DNA of 64,000 nt from Saccostrea cucullata. Its lineage: Eukaryota. The translations under genes were made by a program, and so were the position numbers. The stretch is taken from assembly GCF_032062105.1 (NCBI RefSeq), contig NW_026921972.1, forward strand, positions 124,001-188,000. Reading direction: 5' to 3'. Positions 1-14,170 of this stretch are shown here, one piece after another (positions within the stretch are counted from its first letter, which is position 1; every line of letters begins with the position of its first letter). Under the pieces are notes generated by a model. It did not search any database. It worked only from the letters and a program-made list of their open reading frames with translations, and was not told the DNA's origin.

Positions 1-318
1 ATTTCGTAAGTTCTTTGGTCGATACAATGACCTTGTCAGCAAATTTATCATTAAGTGAAATGCTGACTGACGTTTTTCATACTACATGTACATGTAATTG
101 TTAGTCTATTATATATACACTGTATTGACGACGTATTTTCCGTTATTTCCCGATCATGACCAAGAGCACTTGGCGGGTGTGACCGGTCGCAGGGGATGCT
201 CACTCCTCCATGGCACATCATCCCACCTCTGATGTTTTGGAGCTCCGTGTTTGCTCTGATCCTGTTTTGTATTGTTTTATGGAATTTGATATTGAATACT
301 GTTCGTTATCTCTATATC
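1..318 (+). mobile_element. Naiad-type Penelope-like element, 3' end fragment
   Basis: Encodes the RT-thumb tail FRKFFGRYNDLVSK, followed by the conserved 3' motif GGCGGGTGTGACCGGTC..CAGGGGATGCTCACTCCTCC..ATCCCACCTCTG shared with other copies in the window. Confidence 0.8.
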
Positions 319-580
319 ATTCAATCTGACAATTCTTCATTGATAAGAATGAAGTTGAATCTTCATTTCCTGGACGTACATGCCATTTACTCTTACTTAT
401 AATTGCTATATTATTTGGAAAAAATTTAAAATAACCAATGCATTCTCATGCAATGATCACCTGTTGTACCGAGGTCCTGCTCTTGAACCATGACTGGCTT
501 GAAATAATTTTATTTTATACTAGTGCATGCATATTGTGTGAGTGATACGTGCTTTGGACACATGTTTTTAAAAAAAAATT

Positions 581-794
581 CCGTATAGCGGGTTTTCTTG
601 GCGGGTGTAAAATTTGGCGTTTTGCCTGCTCAAAGTTATACCAATAATTCTGGCGTAATTCATTTTAGCGGACACAGGGTTTCAGGCATATAAACACAGT
701 AAAAGTACTGAATATTTTAGCGATTAAAGCGGGCTATCATCAAGACGCGAAAAATAAGCCAAAATTAGCACCCCGCTAAAATAACCCGCTACGG
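581..794. mobile_element. MITE with CCGTA..TACGG terminal inverted repeats (TIRs), Tc1/mariner-like
   Basis: CCGTATAGCGGGTT at 581 and AACCCGCTACGG ending at 794, followed by TA. Same terminal style as the element at 26562-27472. Confidence 0.65.
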
Positions 795-1233
795 TATTCT
801 TAATTACTAGTGTTCCATGTATAAAAAAAAAATAACCACCCCTAAATTTAAGGGTCTTCATCTTATTCTCATTTTATATAATCATCTTGTTTTTGAATAA
901 TTTTGCACAATTCCTATCCTTTTTTATATCAAAAAATGTATTTATTTATTGTTGTGCAATCTTTGAACCAAGACTATGTTTTGAACATATTTGAATCAAA
1001 GGATCCCTAGAAATATTGCATTATCATTATCTAATAGCATTCATTTTCCAAAAGAAATGATTAAAAGATGGAATCATTGAGATACTTTAGATTGTGGTAA
1101 AGTGGTTCTTAAAAATGAGCTAAAAATTAAAAAAATTATAATGTACGAGATATTGGACATGTTTTTCAGGTAGTTACCTTACAAACCTTTTTGGGTTTGT
1201 TGTCATAAACAGAAGATTGTAAGTAAATTTTAC

Positions 1234-4058
1234 CTATTAGTACAGTAGAAAGTGAAACTGAGATTCCCAGAGTAACTGTAATAGTGGTGAGACCGTGGCG
1301 AAGATTTTCTGATCCTAAAAAGTCTACAATTATAGCCGGAAACAAGGAAAAATAGGTCTGTCCAAACAAACCATGCAACACGGAAAATATAATCAGAGTG
1401 AAGAAGTCGTCGTAAAATCGTACAAACATACAAGACAGTCCATTCAAAAGCATTGTTAGGGCTACAAATTGGTGCCGCTTAAAAGTTTTGCTCTCAGCAA
1501 TGAATGTCACGATGATTCTATTAACTAGGTCGCATGCAGCGCAAATAGTGACTAAAAGAGCAATTTTTTCATCTGTTAATCCACAGTCACGTGCAAATGG
1601 GGGTATATAATTGACAGGCAAGCCTGCAGCAGAAATGTTCAGAATAGAACTCACTGTAAAGATGTAAAAAAGAGGGTTTTTAAATAACGCAAAATTAAAA
1701 CATTGGTTATCATTTTTTTCTTGAAGCCGCTGTGTTTTCTCTTTTGACTGGCGACTATAAGAAGAGTCTCTCTTTTCAATTGAAGACCACACTCCTAAAG
1801 TCTGTAGAGATGGAGAAAAGTACAACTTTTTAAAATCCTCTTGTAAGTCATGGGTACTTATAGCTGTTCTGTGAAGAAGGTTAGAAACTTTGTTAGTCTC
1901 TATAATGTTTTCCGACTGTGTTCTTCTCCTTCCAGTCACTGGGCCATTAGGCCGCTGACTATTAGTCTTACCATTAGGAAGGGTATATGTGCCGTTTGAT
2001 TTTTCATACACATTTTGTTCTTTTGTGTCTTTATGACTTGCACTTCCTCTGTCATCATCATCCACCTCTAATGTTTGAATTTTACCGCCCATTGGCGGTA
2101 AGGGTCTCACTAATGCCCCACAAACGATGGCTTGTAGGAACATTCCACTGACAATTATCAATGTCCCAAAAAGTCCAAGATAGTCCATCGAGATTTTTAG
2201 TAAGATTGGCCAAAGTAGTCCTCCTATACTACCTCCAACGTTGGCAAAACTGTTGGCAAATCCTCGTTTTTTCTCAAAATATCGGGACAAAATCAAGAGA
2301 AGTGCAAGTTGTGTCATTGATATACCAATACCTAATAAAGAAAACAAAGTTAGCTGATTTTCATTCATATTTTTGATTATATTTCGAAATATTTCTTCTG
2401 TATGAGACATAAGATTGGATGTACATTTTTGAAAAGAGATCATTTCATGTCAACAATTAACAAATAAATGCAAATTCTGTTCTCACTAATGTATATACAT
2501 TCTATATTCATATTCTATGGTTCTTCAAAAGTTATGTTGTATTTAATATGCAGAAACTGGAAGAAGATCGGATTAAAAAAAATATTTTGATTTTTTTAAA
2601 TCAAGAAAGTACATTGTATCAACAATCTTATTTATGGCAACAACAGTTTTGAGTCGTAAGTTTTCTTTAAAAAAAAGACCTAAATTTTATAATAAAAAAT
2701 ATTAACCTAGGATCAAAGTAGTTAGAAGTTAGACTAATCATTTTTTATTTTATTTCATTATTTCAGATGACTTCAATCATTCACCTTTCTCTATCTCAAA
2801 ATTATAAAGGGATACAAGTTCGCTTGTTTTTTTTCCATTAATGCTGTGGCTTTTGAAAACTTTTATCAGTTATAATCATGCCCTCTAGTACTAGATAACC
2901 TGAGCTGCCAAACACAAAAATATATGTACTTTCCTCAGAGAAAATATATAAAAGGTTAAGTACCAAAGATGACTCCTTGTGTTGCCATCAAAACAGCAAC
3001 ACTGGGAGCAAACGCACTGCCAATTTGCGACACCGCCGTTAGGAAAGCACCAAACATGACTAACGTTCGTTCAGCAAAGAATCTTGTCCCTATACCTAGA
3101 ACAATGACCGCTACAAAAAATATAAAATAAGATAATAAGACTGAAAAGAGAAACCTGTACTGTAAATTTATAATTATTTATTAATAAAAGCAGCAGAAAA
3201 TCTGGATTTTTAAAAGAACATGGTATCATTTAAGAGAGAGAGAGAGAGATTTACATGAGAGAGTGCTACTAATTGTCTGGATGGAGATCACAAGAGATAT
3301 ATCAGAAGAAGTGGCGTCATATTTCTTCAAAAATGCCACGAAAAATATCCCAAAACTTTTGACGAAGCCCACAAAGATAAAGAAGTGTACAGTAGAGGCT
3401 GAAAGTATGAAAAACAAAAACAAAATGATAATCCTCATTTCAATAAAAGAAAAAAACTTTTCATGTAGAAAGAATGTATTTATTAATAATGGTCAGCATT
3501 TACTTAAACTTATTTTGCCGATGCACATTGATGCAAACTAGGCATTGGATGATGAAATTCGTAATAAAAATGATATTAAAGAAACCCAAAACATAAATAA
3601 ATTCAAGCATTTTTTTAATCTTGAAAACTGTGCCAAAAATTACAAATGTTTAAAGATAATTATATTTTGTGGACTTAAATTGGGAATACTTAATTTGCAT
3701 AGACATCTCTGCATCAGTTTGAGATACTGAATTTGCCATCATCACGAAATTAACAAGATTTAATTTATTCATTAGATATGGACAACACGGAAATAACAGT
3801 TCAATAAATTATTCTAGAACAAAAGTATGTCCAATGTTTTGTCTCTTTAATACTTTAACATTACAATAATTATATATGATAACTCGACGTTCCTAGGCAA
3901 AGTGTTAAACACAACTGTGCACATATAAGATTTTGTTTTTTCGTACATACACTTACTCGTATTTAATGTTCCAAGAAAACTTGAAAGTCAGACTGACCTG
4001 CTAGTACAATCCAGGCCCATCCTCCGTCAACTGGTCGTTTAGACTCCGCAGCTGGCAT
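1234..4058 (-). CDS. Monocarboxylate transporter (SLC16/MCT family), paralogue 1; last exon not found in the window
   Basis: GT-AG exons at 4058-3998 (MPAAESKRPVDGGWAWIVLA), 3398-3255 (GFVKSFG), 3110-2964 and 2331-1234 (YFEKKRGFANSFANVGGSIGG, DLVNR). DGGWAW and YFxKKR are SLC16 signatures. The terminal exon probably lies beyond position 1. Confidence 0.9.
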
Positions 4059-4760
4059 CAACTATCGATTTAAATAATAAGACAAAAATCTCCTTAATTA
4101 ATTATTTGTTAAAACAGAAAATTATAAATAAAGAGAACATATTGAGAGTAAAATGAAAAATAATTGATATCTTCTATATAATTATGCACATTCATTCTTG
4201 TGGCTATGCATAGTAGAGGTCAAGTAAAAATATTTGTTTGTGTGGATTTGAATTCGTGGTTGGAAAATATTTAGTAGTAATGCATATAAAATTTTACATT
4301 TCGTGGTGGTCATAAATTCGTGGGTCTCTCCACACCTCGAAAACAACGAAAATTAAATCGCACGAAAATTAATGATTTCACAGTATTGTATTATCTATAA
4401 AAGATAGTTTTCGATCATTGCTTTCACCAACATTTATTTACAGTTCTATATAAATTTTTGATTTGTGATATCTTGCTATAATTATTTCTAAATATTACTG
4501 AAAAATGGATTTGAAAATAAGCATTTTTAAAAAAAACAAAAAACATAATGATTTAAAAAAAATAAATAAATACAGTTCTCAGAATTAAATCTTTGTAAAA
4601 ATGTCTCAATTTTATTGAAAAAGAGTTTACCACTGAAAATCCCTTGAATAATCGGAATTTGAAATTTTGCAAATTATTTAAATGGCCTCGCAAAATGACC
4701 ATTTCTATATTAATTAATCCCAAATCAAAGTTCAAAGAGTTTGACTGAAAGAGAAACAAA

Positions 4761-5393
4761 ATGGCTGCCGATACAGAGGCACGTTCTCTAAAAAATGAAA
4801 TCAAGTCCTTTGTACATTTTGAGAACCGCTGTGATCGAGTTGCCATTTTGTTCTGGTTTAATTATAACGGAGAATTGGTGAAGTATGCAGAATTGAAGAA
4901 AGATGAATTCATCAATATGAAGACAATAATGAACCATCCCTGGTGTGCCGAAGACGCTGACACTAATGAACGACTTGAAATCGATAACGTTACGGTGTAT
5001 TATCCAACAGAGACACGGGAAGGTACCGTTACCAACGTGTTCATAGATAGTTATTATATATTTCTTATTGACTACCACGTTCTAGCAGAATAAAGCAATA
5101 TTTGAGTTTTGCACCTAATAAAACTTTACTATACTTCATTAGGATGGTGATTAAAGTCCAGTGGAAATGATCGTAAATCATTGTCAAAAATACCGGTATT
5201 AAGACCCAAAAATTCTTTGTAGTTGTAATGATACAACTATGTCAGTTGAAAATTGTGATTGTTTTGGCTGAAAAAAAAGAAAACGACTTAAGGAACAAAA
5301 AAATCATATATATATATATATTTATTATTTTTGCATGGTAATATAATAACCCCTTTTTTGCATTTGCAGGAATTATGTAAACAAATCATCTGA
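4761..5393 (+). pseudogene. VHL-like paralogue: intact beta domain, disrupted alpha domain (truncated gene or pseudogene)
   Basis: ORF 4761-5093 encodes RSL..FENRCDRVAILFWFNYNG..Y..HPW. No good splice donor at the position equivalent to the intact paralogue. A BC-box remnant PFLHLQELCKQII at 5352-5390 ends in TGA (5391-5393) where the paralogue has TGG. Confidence 0.7.
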
Positions 5394-5997
5394 CGTTTTT
5401 CTTCCCCTGATGTACATTGAAGAATACAGTCCAAAGAAAACGACATAAAGGATGAAAGATAGTTGATATTTTTAGTCCTGTACACACTTCATGAATTTTT
5501 TGGAATCAGAGTCATCATACTATACTGGGAAAAAGATATCAGATGCGATGTCTACAAATTAACATTCTACGATCTGGTTTATCGGTGTGTGTGCATGCAT
5601 GCATGATTAAGATTTCAAAACAAATTCAGACTACAAAATATTGGTCTTAAAGACGAAAGATGTTAATACAAGAACAAGAGAGATTATAATAATTATAATT
5701 AAAACACAAAAATTGTAGGAAATATATGTTATTTAAACATCCCTCCGGTAAATTGGTTGGTTAGAATCACTGGATCCTTCTTAAATTTAGTTTTAAATAA
5801 AAGTTTTTAAAAGTAATAACAGTTTGTTTTTAAATATTGGAAAACCTAGGAAATCACTGTATATATGTACGAAAAGATAAAGTATACATTGGTTTTGTCA
5901 TAATTTTTTTTCAACTGTAATTTGTTGTATGTGTTTGATTCAGGTTCCAAAGAACATATAACAACATACATAGGAATGAAAATATATACTGTTTATA

Positions 5998-6365
5998 AAC
6001 TAAAGGTACTTTGAGCAATGAGCTCATTAAATAATATCCCCCGCTTCACATATGGTTATAATGGCAAAGTCCATATTTTGCTCTTGCAGACCCGAAATAA
6101 TTGTCAAACGAAAAGGTAAAATAAGAGGAGGAGTTGCGGATAAGAATTGGGTACCCTTCAATAATATAAAAAGAATGGTCGTGACCATAGTTTGATCTGG
6201 GAAACCCAAAATATGTGTCCGATCAAACAGTAAAATAAGACATGCACAATGGCACTATGTATCAAAGATTTTGTGAAAGTCTCATTAAATTTTATTCAGT
6301 GCATGGTAATGAAGTAGTTGCGGATAGAGAGGGGTTTCCTCAAAGCGTAACAGAGGGACGGACGT
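5998..6365 (-). mobile_element. Truncated HINE (non-autonomous Helentron-like element)
   Basis: Closely similar to 21077-21384 (GGTACTxTGAGCAATGAGCTCA..GGACGGACG). Confidence 0.65.
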
Positions 6366-7171
6366 AGGTTATGAATGGTTTTTGCTTTATATACATGTAC
6401 ATACAAAATATAAATATATTATAAAAAATAAAAAAGGTTGCATTTGGTAATTTGTATTTCTGATAGATTGCTGGGTGTAACATGTATCATAAACATTGAT
6501 TTCAACAACATAATCGAGAGTTTCGCCACTTTTCTCATATTCTTTATAGTACTGTGACAAAAGAGCACGTTGATATTGATTGCGACATTATTTTAAATAT
6601 GTTTTTACTACCTATACCCTATTTCGATGATTCAATACCCGATGTCGGGTATCATATAATATCCAATTTCGAGTATTCTCTTCACTTAAAGAAGTTCAAA
6701 ATTTACAACCTATAAACTATTTGAGCTAAATACAAATAAATGATACGCATGTAAAATACTTTTCACTCTATAAAGTTTAGTTCTAGGTTCAAATTTGACT
6801 GATGTTGATACTATTATATAAGTATCCACGTAGATGAACGGTTAACAATAATTATTGTAGTATGGCCATTGTATTATTTGAACTATAAATGATTGTGTAA
6901 ATTTGACCTCGGCATTGATCCGAAGACTAAATTCTCGGTTATAAAGGCTCGTTTTCAGCTTTTAGCAACAGCACAGTGGGAATTGTTTACGTTTTGTTAG
7001 TAAACATTAAAGACAGAAATTTTCAAGACTGTCTTCCTTCTATTTTAAAGTTAAAAACCAGCCATGTTTATTTCTTAAACATTGATAAACGCCATTCTTC
7101 GTAAAGGAGGGACTACGTGCAGCTATAAACGTTCATCAGATGACATACATCGATTGAAACAAGAATGTAAA

Positions 7172-7854
7172 ATGGCTGGAAATCAAGATGAAGATGTCGG
7201 TAGATCGACGGAAAGAGAAGAAAGCAAGGAACCACGCTCATTAAATAATGACATTGTTACTTATGTGCGCTTTAAAAATCGCTGTGACAGAATCGCCACG
7301 TTGTTTTGGTTTAATTTTAAAGGAAGCTTGGTGAGGTACTCCATTTTGAAGAAAGGGGAATTTATAGATATGAACACATACGTTACACATCCATGGTGTG
7401 CAAGAGAAACTGTGACAAATGACCGACTTGTGATCGACAAACAACGCGTGTTTTACCCTGCCGAGGGAGCAGATTTAACGTACAAACTTGTCTACATCGA
7501 CATTCCAGGTACTCGTGAAATGTGTTTCTGTTTATAGATTATGAACGATAACTCTAACTAGATCTTGACTGTCATCAAAATAGAAATAAATAAAAAGGGA
7601 TGAAATTGGGCAAAATTCTTGCTAACATTTATTCCATCATTTTTTATATTCTTATTTACTACTGTAATCCTTGATCTAACATCAATCTTTACTTTACAGT
7701 TTATTCTTTGAGAGAGAGATGTAAACAGATTATATGGAAAGCATACCCCGACACGGACCCAAAGACACTAGATATACCAAGAGTGCTTACCAAAGAACTG
7801 GACACAAAGAAGTCTGTCTCATATACTGACTACGAAGGCTTCCATCAATCATGA
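7172..7854 (+). CDS. VHL: von Hippel-Lindau tumour suppressor homologue (E3 ligase substrate receptor)
   Basis: Exon 1 at 7172-7508 (WFNFKG..Y..NTYVTHPW; donor CCAG|GTAC). Exon 2 at 7700-7854 (TTACAG|; PVYSLRERCKQII BC box; LDIPRVLTKEL). The phase-1 intron falls in the Val of PVY, as in human VHL. Confidence 0.92.
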
Positions 7855-8924
7855 ATTTCTAACATAAATATCGGATAAAAATGTGATTACATTATTGCAT
7901 AATTCTTCCTTCATCTCATTAAGTTGATATAGTACAGCAGCATGTCATTTTAAAGAGTATGCAAATGATTTATGATCTTTAAGTTTTTGGTTTATGTTTT
8001 AAAGACAATGTTGTTTTAAATGATCAATATCAAGAAATCCAAGCATATTTACCAAATATTGTTTTTCACAGCTGCAGAAATACACATGTATACACTGTAT
8101 TTAGTTTATTTTGTTTGTAGAAAATAATAATATCTACAGAATGTGAAATTTTCTTACGTGTGCTTTATTTGGGATATTATTTAAGATAATTCACTTCGTA
8201 GTTAAAATTATCTTGAAAAAATTTTATTGAATCTTTAGCATAGCTAATCAGACGTAAATTTTATGGATCCTTATAACTTAATGTTTATGTATAAATATTT
8301 AGTTCAACAGTTCAACTTGAAATAAGTATTTTTGTTGTTGTTGTTGTTATACATTACTTGTTATGAAAATGTATTTCTTTACATATATCAATGTCTTTTA
8401 ATGTTAATCCATTGTTCATTTGTTTTCATTTTGATCTGCGGCTTCTTAATATAAATGTGCCTGCTTTACAGAAAAAAATCCATCTATTTCCAAGGTCTCA
8501 AAATGAAGGCATATGTAAAACATATAATACATGTTTGGGCTTTATTTTATTTCAGCAAAGATCAAGCTCTGTTTTTCATTTGCATGGATTTAAGTCAATT
8601 TATTTAATTGACAATGATCTTGCTCAGTTTGGCTGATATGAATATATTTTTTAACGCAAGGAATTGATGCATAAAATGTATAGAAATGTCATACAATTTA
8701 TGTTATTGAATTTCCGAAAAATATATTGATTTAAGTTTTCTTTGAAGCTGATGAGAATTCTCATGTAAAAAAAAATATGGATATGGAAATATATGTATTT
8801 TATTTTCAAAAAAATGCATGTTAGGGTTATTACTTGCCTTTCTATTAAGGGAGAAATTCTTCAAAATCATAGGCCAGCTATAGTTATTTTTAGTATCCCA
8901 GCGATCAAATTGAATTCAATTAAT

Positions 8925-10050
8925 TACCATACCTAAGCTTCCATACCATACCATAATACCATACCTATTACCATACCATACCTAAGCTAGACTCTTATAA
9001 ACTACGTAAAAAGTCATAAAAATAAAGATACATAGCAGGTTCTAATAAATGTTCTACCAAATTTCTTTATTTTTCACTAAAATAATATAGTAGTTAAGGA
9101 AAAACTTAAAAAATGGCGGGACTTAATTTCAATATAAATGTATCCGAGAAGTGACGTTAATCAGATGTACGAGAGGTGATCAAAAAGCTCACGATCTATC
9201 TCCAAATGTACAAAACTACGATTCAGATCAGAAACATTTTAGCCCCGTTATTAACAGACCTATTTTCATATTCACATGAAGCCCAATTTGTCCAACTTCT
9301 ATGCAAAAAAGAAGAAAACACTTGATGTGGTTTTCAACTCGACATATAGATATATCGATGACGTTTTGTCAATTAACAATGGTAATTTCAATTCTTATGT
9401 CGATACGATATATCTTGGTGAATTTGAGATAGAAGATACATGTACCACAGAGTATAAGACATCTGTTTTATATTTGGATGTTTTATTTGAAAAGACGTCA
9501 ATGGTTATATAACAACCAAGCTCTATGATAAACGTAACGACTTTATCTTTTCAATCGTCAACTTCCCTTACTTATGCAGCAATATACCTTCATCACCGGA
9601 GTTTATATATCTTAGTTGATTCGATACGCAAGAGCATGCTCTACATATGAACAGTTTCTAAAATGAGGTAAATTGTTGAAAAACAAGTTGATGAAACGAG
9701 AATATCACACAGTCTCCTTTAAAGTCATCATTTCGTAAGTTCTATTGTCAATACAATGACCTTGTCATGATCAGCAAATACAGTTTATCATTAAGAGTCA
9801 AATGTTGACTGACGTTTTTCATACTAATTTTAATCCATTATCTATACACTGAATTGACAACGGATTTATCCGTTATATCCAGATCTTGACAAGGAGCACA
9901 CGGCGGGTGTGGCCGATCAGCAGGGAATGCTTACTCCTCCAATGCACCTGATCCCACCTCTGTTGCTTCGGAGGTCTGTGTTTGTTCTGCTCCTATTTTG
10001 TATTGATTTATGGGCTACTGATCGTGAACACTGGTCGTTATCTCCATTTG
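8925..10050 (+). mobile_element. Naiad Penelope-like element, decayed 5'-truncated copy
   Basis: RT remnants YIAGSNKCSTK, TYRYIDDVLSINN and YDKRND..IVNFPYLCSNIP, plus the 3' motif at 9893-9993. Confidence 0.85.
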
Positions 10051-13000
10051 TTTCATATACTAGTAGTGCATTTGTTTGGTCTGTGCTAGATCCATTATGA
10101 TGTTATAATTAATTAAATGTTACGTTTCCCCGTACTTTGCACTTCAATAAAATTGTAGAATTCAATTTAAAATCATGCAAACATCCAATAAATCTTCAAT
10201 TACCAACTGAATAGTATAATATCTTGATGAAATGTGTCTGAGTCAAAGATGTTTTGAATATTGTGTGTAAATGTTGTGATGTCTATCATGAAATGATATG
10301 CATTTCTTTTCATAATCATTTGTTAATTGTTCATGTGTAATTTAATGGTTGGTGTTTGATATTTTTTTCTATCAAATGTGATCTTTAAAATTAAAAATAA
10401 CAATATTTGATAAAGATTCACATTGTAAATATCAAAGTAACCCCTCAAAATCTTTTAATAATCAAATCCTACTTCTGTGCAAAGAGGTGAAGAAAAGTAG
10501 CAATGATAAATAACCTATCTCTCATTATTTTGCAGGGAAAAGTATATATTCTGATTGGTTTTTTTTCCACACATTCATGTTGTTCCTCATAATAGAGATT
10601 GAAAACGTTCTGACTTCAAACTTTTGAAAAAAATCACAAATTAAGGGTAGAAATTTCAGTAAAAGTTGAGTTCATTTTCCTATATTTTTAAAATGTGGAC
10701 TCTTCTTATAAGTAAATTCAGTATGAAAGCATTTATTCCTGAGTAATATTGCTAAATACTGTTCAGTCAATAAAGTCTACACACGACCATATTTTAAAGA
10801 AGTATTTTGTGATTTTTCATAATCTCTTTATGACAAGTACCCCTCAAATGTGTTAAAAAGTGTAGTAGCAGTATACAATTACCATTCCAAGTTTCACAGG
10901 CTGCACTTCATTCAATAACAAGAAAACATGTTGTGTACGTTTAACTGATTAATTAGCGAGTGCTTATACTTTATCATTTTAAAAAGTTTGAAAATCTTGT
11001 GCAATATCTAAAATACCTGAGCAACGGATGGCTGTTAAGAGGCCTATAACTTGGAAATTCCGTTGCAGTAACATATAATTATTTGAACAAGGTTTATGAA
11101 GACAAAAGATTTTACAGACATGATTGATTGTTTGTTTCAGTGGTGTTAGGTAGATGGCTAAAAATGACTTTAGTTTCTGTTGCCCAGTGGAAGCAACCTT
11201 AGGAAGAGATGTGTTCTTAGTTGAACAATTATTATGAAGGATCGTCAAACATTAGTTTTGGATTTTTGTAAAAAAAAACACAAAACTGACTTGAAAATTA
11301 CGTACTAGTTTAACTCTATTGTAATAGATACGTTTTGCACTTTGTTTGTTACTTAAGAAATTTCGTATTAATATTTACATTGTTCTGTAAAAAAATTTTG
11401 AGATTTAGAGTAATATGAATTAGACTGTTGAATACTAACTTCAATACGGATTTAGTTATCGGTTTTATTTTTCTATACTATATACTATATGATTGTTTGT
11501 ACTTATTTACATTCCCCTAACATCGTGCAGCATAACACGATATACGACCTATTGTACCTTCATCAACATGCTGGAATGTTTTTCTATGTTCCATCATCAA
11601 CAATGAAACAAAACAAAACAACACCGAATGTTTACCTTGATAAGAGCATGTTGTTCACTTTGGACGACTTTGATCAGCGATACCATACACGTGGTAATAC
11701 AATTAAAGGTAATTTATTTTGATTGGTATACTCTAAATAATTATTTCCTTAAAAACATGCATTAAAAACATTTTGGACGTATCCTGCTTAAAGTATTTTA
11801 AAGTTGATTGCAAAGGTTATGCATTCATTATCTTCGAAAAGTATCAAGCTTAAAGAGGTCTATGAAGAATGAACAATTAAAGTGTCATATGTCAGACAAA
11901 TAATTGTTAAAATATACCAAATGACACTATCAATACATGAACGATGTTCATAGCAAGACAAACATGAATAAATAGATTTGTTAAAGCATTCGTCCATCGT
12001 TTGAGATATGCATTTTATGCTCACGTTTTAAAACAAATCTTGAGGCTTTGTATATATTTTATGCAAAGTTTAGAGAAACGCTGAGATAAAAATATGCATT
12101 TTCGTTTCATAATAAAAAAAAATTATGATAATTTAATGTTAATAATAACCGAAATAGGATTGCAAATGCGACAAATGACCCTCATCCGAAGAACGGATCT
12201 TCCCGTCCTACTGTAGGATTCGAACCTACGTACAACCTAACCTTAATGCCTTATTTTGCGATTCTACACCAGATATCTTAATGTTGTAAGCTATCCTTAA
12301 AACTATCCAATAAATACAAGAAATTGAAATTACAAAAAGCTCTTACATAGAGAGTATGAGATTAAAGAAATTAAACAGGTTTGTTTACATATAAATGTAT
12401 AGATGTGTTTCAGTGTATACTATAAGAAACCTACTTGGATAGCGTTAAAAAGATTATTACGTCATGATTTACATTTTTTCTAGGTTTTAGTGACTTATTG
12501 AGCCTCGTCTTTCCATCATATTTCACTACAAGAAGCTTATTAGAAATTCGTTTCTTTCTTGATGTCAACAGTTAATGAAGTTGTATATATGTAGAACACA
12601 TTTATAAAAAGAAGAAAATGAATATATGAATTTTGAATCATTCTTATGGAATAGATGAAAAATTACGATCAAAACAAAACAATTTCTGATGATAGAAAAA
12701 AAATTGTCTCCTCTTTAAGAAAAAAATCATTCAAAATGGTTCATTATTTGAGATATTTTATACTTATAAATCGAAGAAATGTTTATGAAAATAAATGTCC
12801 AGATCCTACCGTGAATGATGGTATTTATCCAGTCAAAATATAGTTCAAATTTGATGTATCACTTTATGGTACACGTTTACTAAAGATAGGTTTATTTGCA
12901 CAGAAAAGATATGAAACGAGGACAACATTTTGTGTTTATTTGTTTAGCACCGCAATACAATTTCAATACGCAGATTTTCATATAATCAAACACATAATCA

Positions 13001-13804
13001 CACTACAAGATTATTGATAGTAAGATGTAATGACTGATTCTAGACCTTCCTATTTTGGTCATTGTTTGATCTTTTTTTAAGGTCAGACGATACGTTTCTC
13101 AAATGTCTGGGTTTATTTTTATATTTTGGCACTGTATGAAAAGTATTAAATATTTTGATAACATTTCAATTTTCAAACCAGTATCTGATTTATTTAAAAA
13201 ATTAACCACGAAAAATGTTAGTTTCGAAGATTAAATTTTTTTCGGTAATCTGTTTACAGATTTGTTGAATTCGTTATAACCAAATTCTTGAATTGGTTAT
13301 TCGTAATTACAAATTAAATTATAAGAATTTTTGATCGTATAAGAACCACTACCTTCTGCTATCTTGCAAAAATGCCTGGTAAGTTTCCTCAATTTTTTTT
13401 ATAGTAAACACATTAAAGAAGCAATACTTCAATAACAAAATCTTGGAAAAAAGTTGTAAATTATTGAAATGTATCATCTGTCCTCAAATTAATAAATGAT
13501 AATCATATAGTTTTTACAATGCACATCATATGAAAGAACAGTCAAGTATGTCGCCATTTATTTTTAGAGTCATTAAAAACAAAGGCTTCCTATCCTTTAT
13601 TTTCCTTCCTTGGCCTTCGATCTTCATAAAAGGTCATGTTATCCTCAGCTTAGCTAAATGTTCACATTTCTCAGCACAGATTGATTGTACAAACTTGGTC
13701 TAAAAACCGACCGATCAAATGGTACAAAACAATATATACTCTTTCAGGACACATTGGTTATATAATATAATCTGATCATAGACATAATGAGCCCTATGGA
13801 CATC

Positions 13805-14170
13805 TTTTAGCTCACTTGAACCAGTTTTATATGGGCTTTCCTGATTAAAATGTGCCTGTTTTCCTTCTTAGGAGTAAACTTTTTAGAATTTCATTTATCT
13901 TCAAGAATCAGTCGGCCAATTTCAACAAAATACTTTTATGCCACTAATCATCCTGTTGTAAAGGAATTTAAATTTGTTCACATAAAGAGTCATGCCAAAC
14001 TCTACGGGGACTTATTTAAAATTCAAGTAAATGTAATTTCATCTTTTAAAATTTCTCAAGAACTATCCCCCCGCCCCATCCCCTCAAAACCAAACAAAAC
14101 GTGTAAATTTTTTCAAGAAGTTAATGACAGATACTCAAGAGCAAATTCTAAACCAAGACAAATCATTGAC
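13805..14170 (+). mobile_element. Degenerate HINE fragment
   Basis: Starts TTTTAGCTCACTTGAACC and contains TCAAGAATCAGTCGGCCAATTTCAAC, resembling the start of 19514-20742. Confidence 0.45.

Noticed and set aside
1166-2443. 425-aa ORF as a complete single-exon gene
   Set aside because: Both ends run into introns; the true exon is 2331-1234.
7082-7171. N-terminal extension of VHL from a TTG start
   Set aside because: The ATG at 7172 has good context (AAAATGG) and matches the start of the paralogue.
9664-9666. In-frame TGA in a Naiad as selenocysteine
   Set aside because: It corresponds to CGA (Arg) in the 26141-26644 copy, so CpG decay explains it; no SECIS was recognised.
12195-12240. tRNA gene (B box GGTTCGAATCC on the minus strand)
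   Set aside because: No A box or cloverleaf; probably a decayed SINE head.
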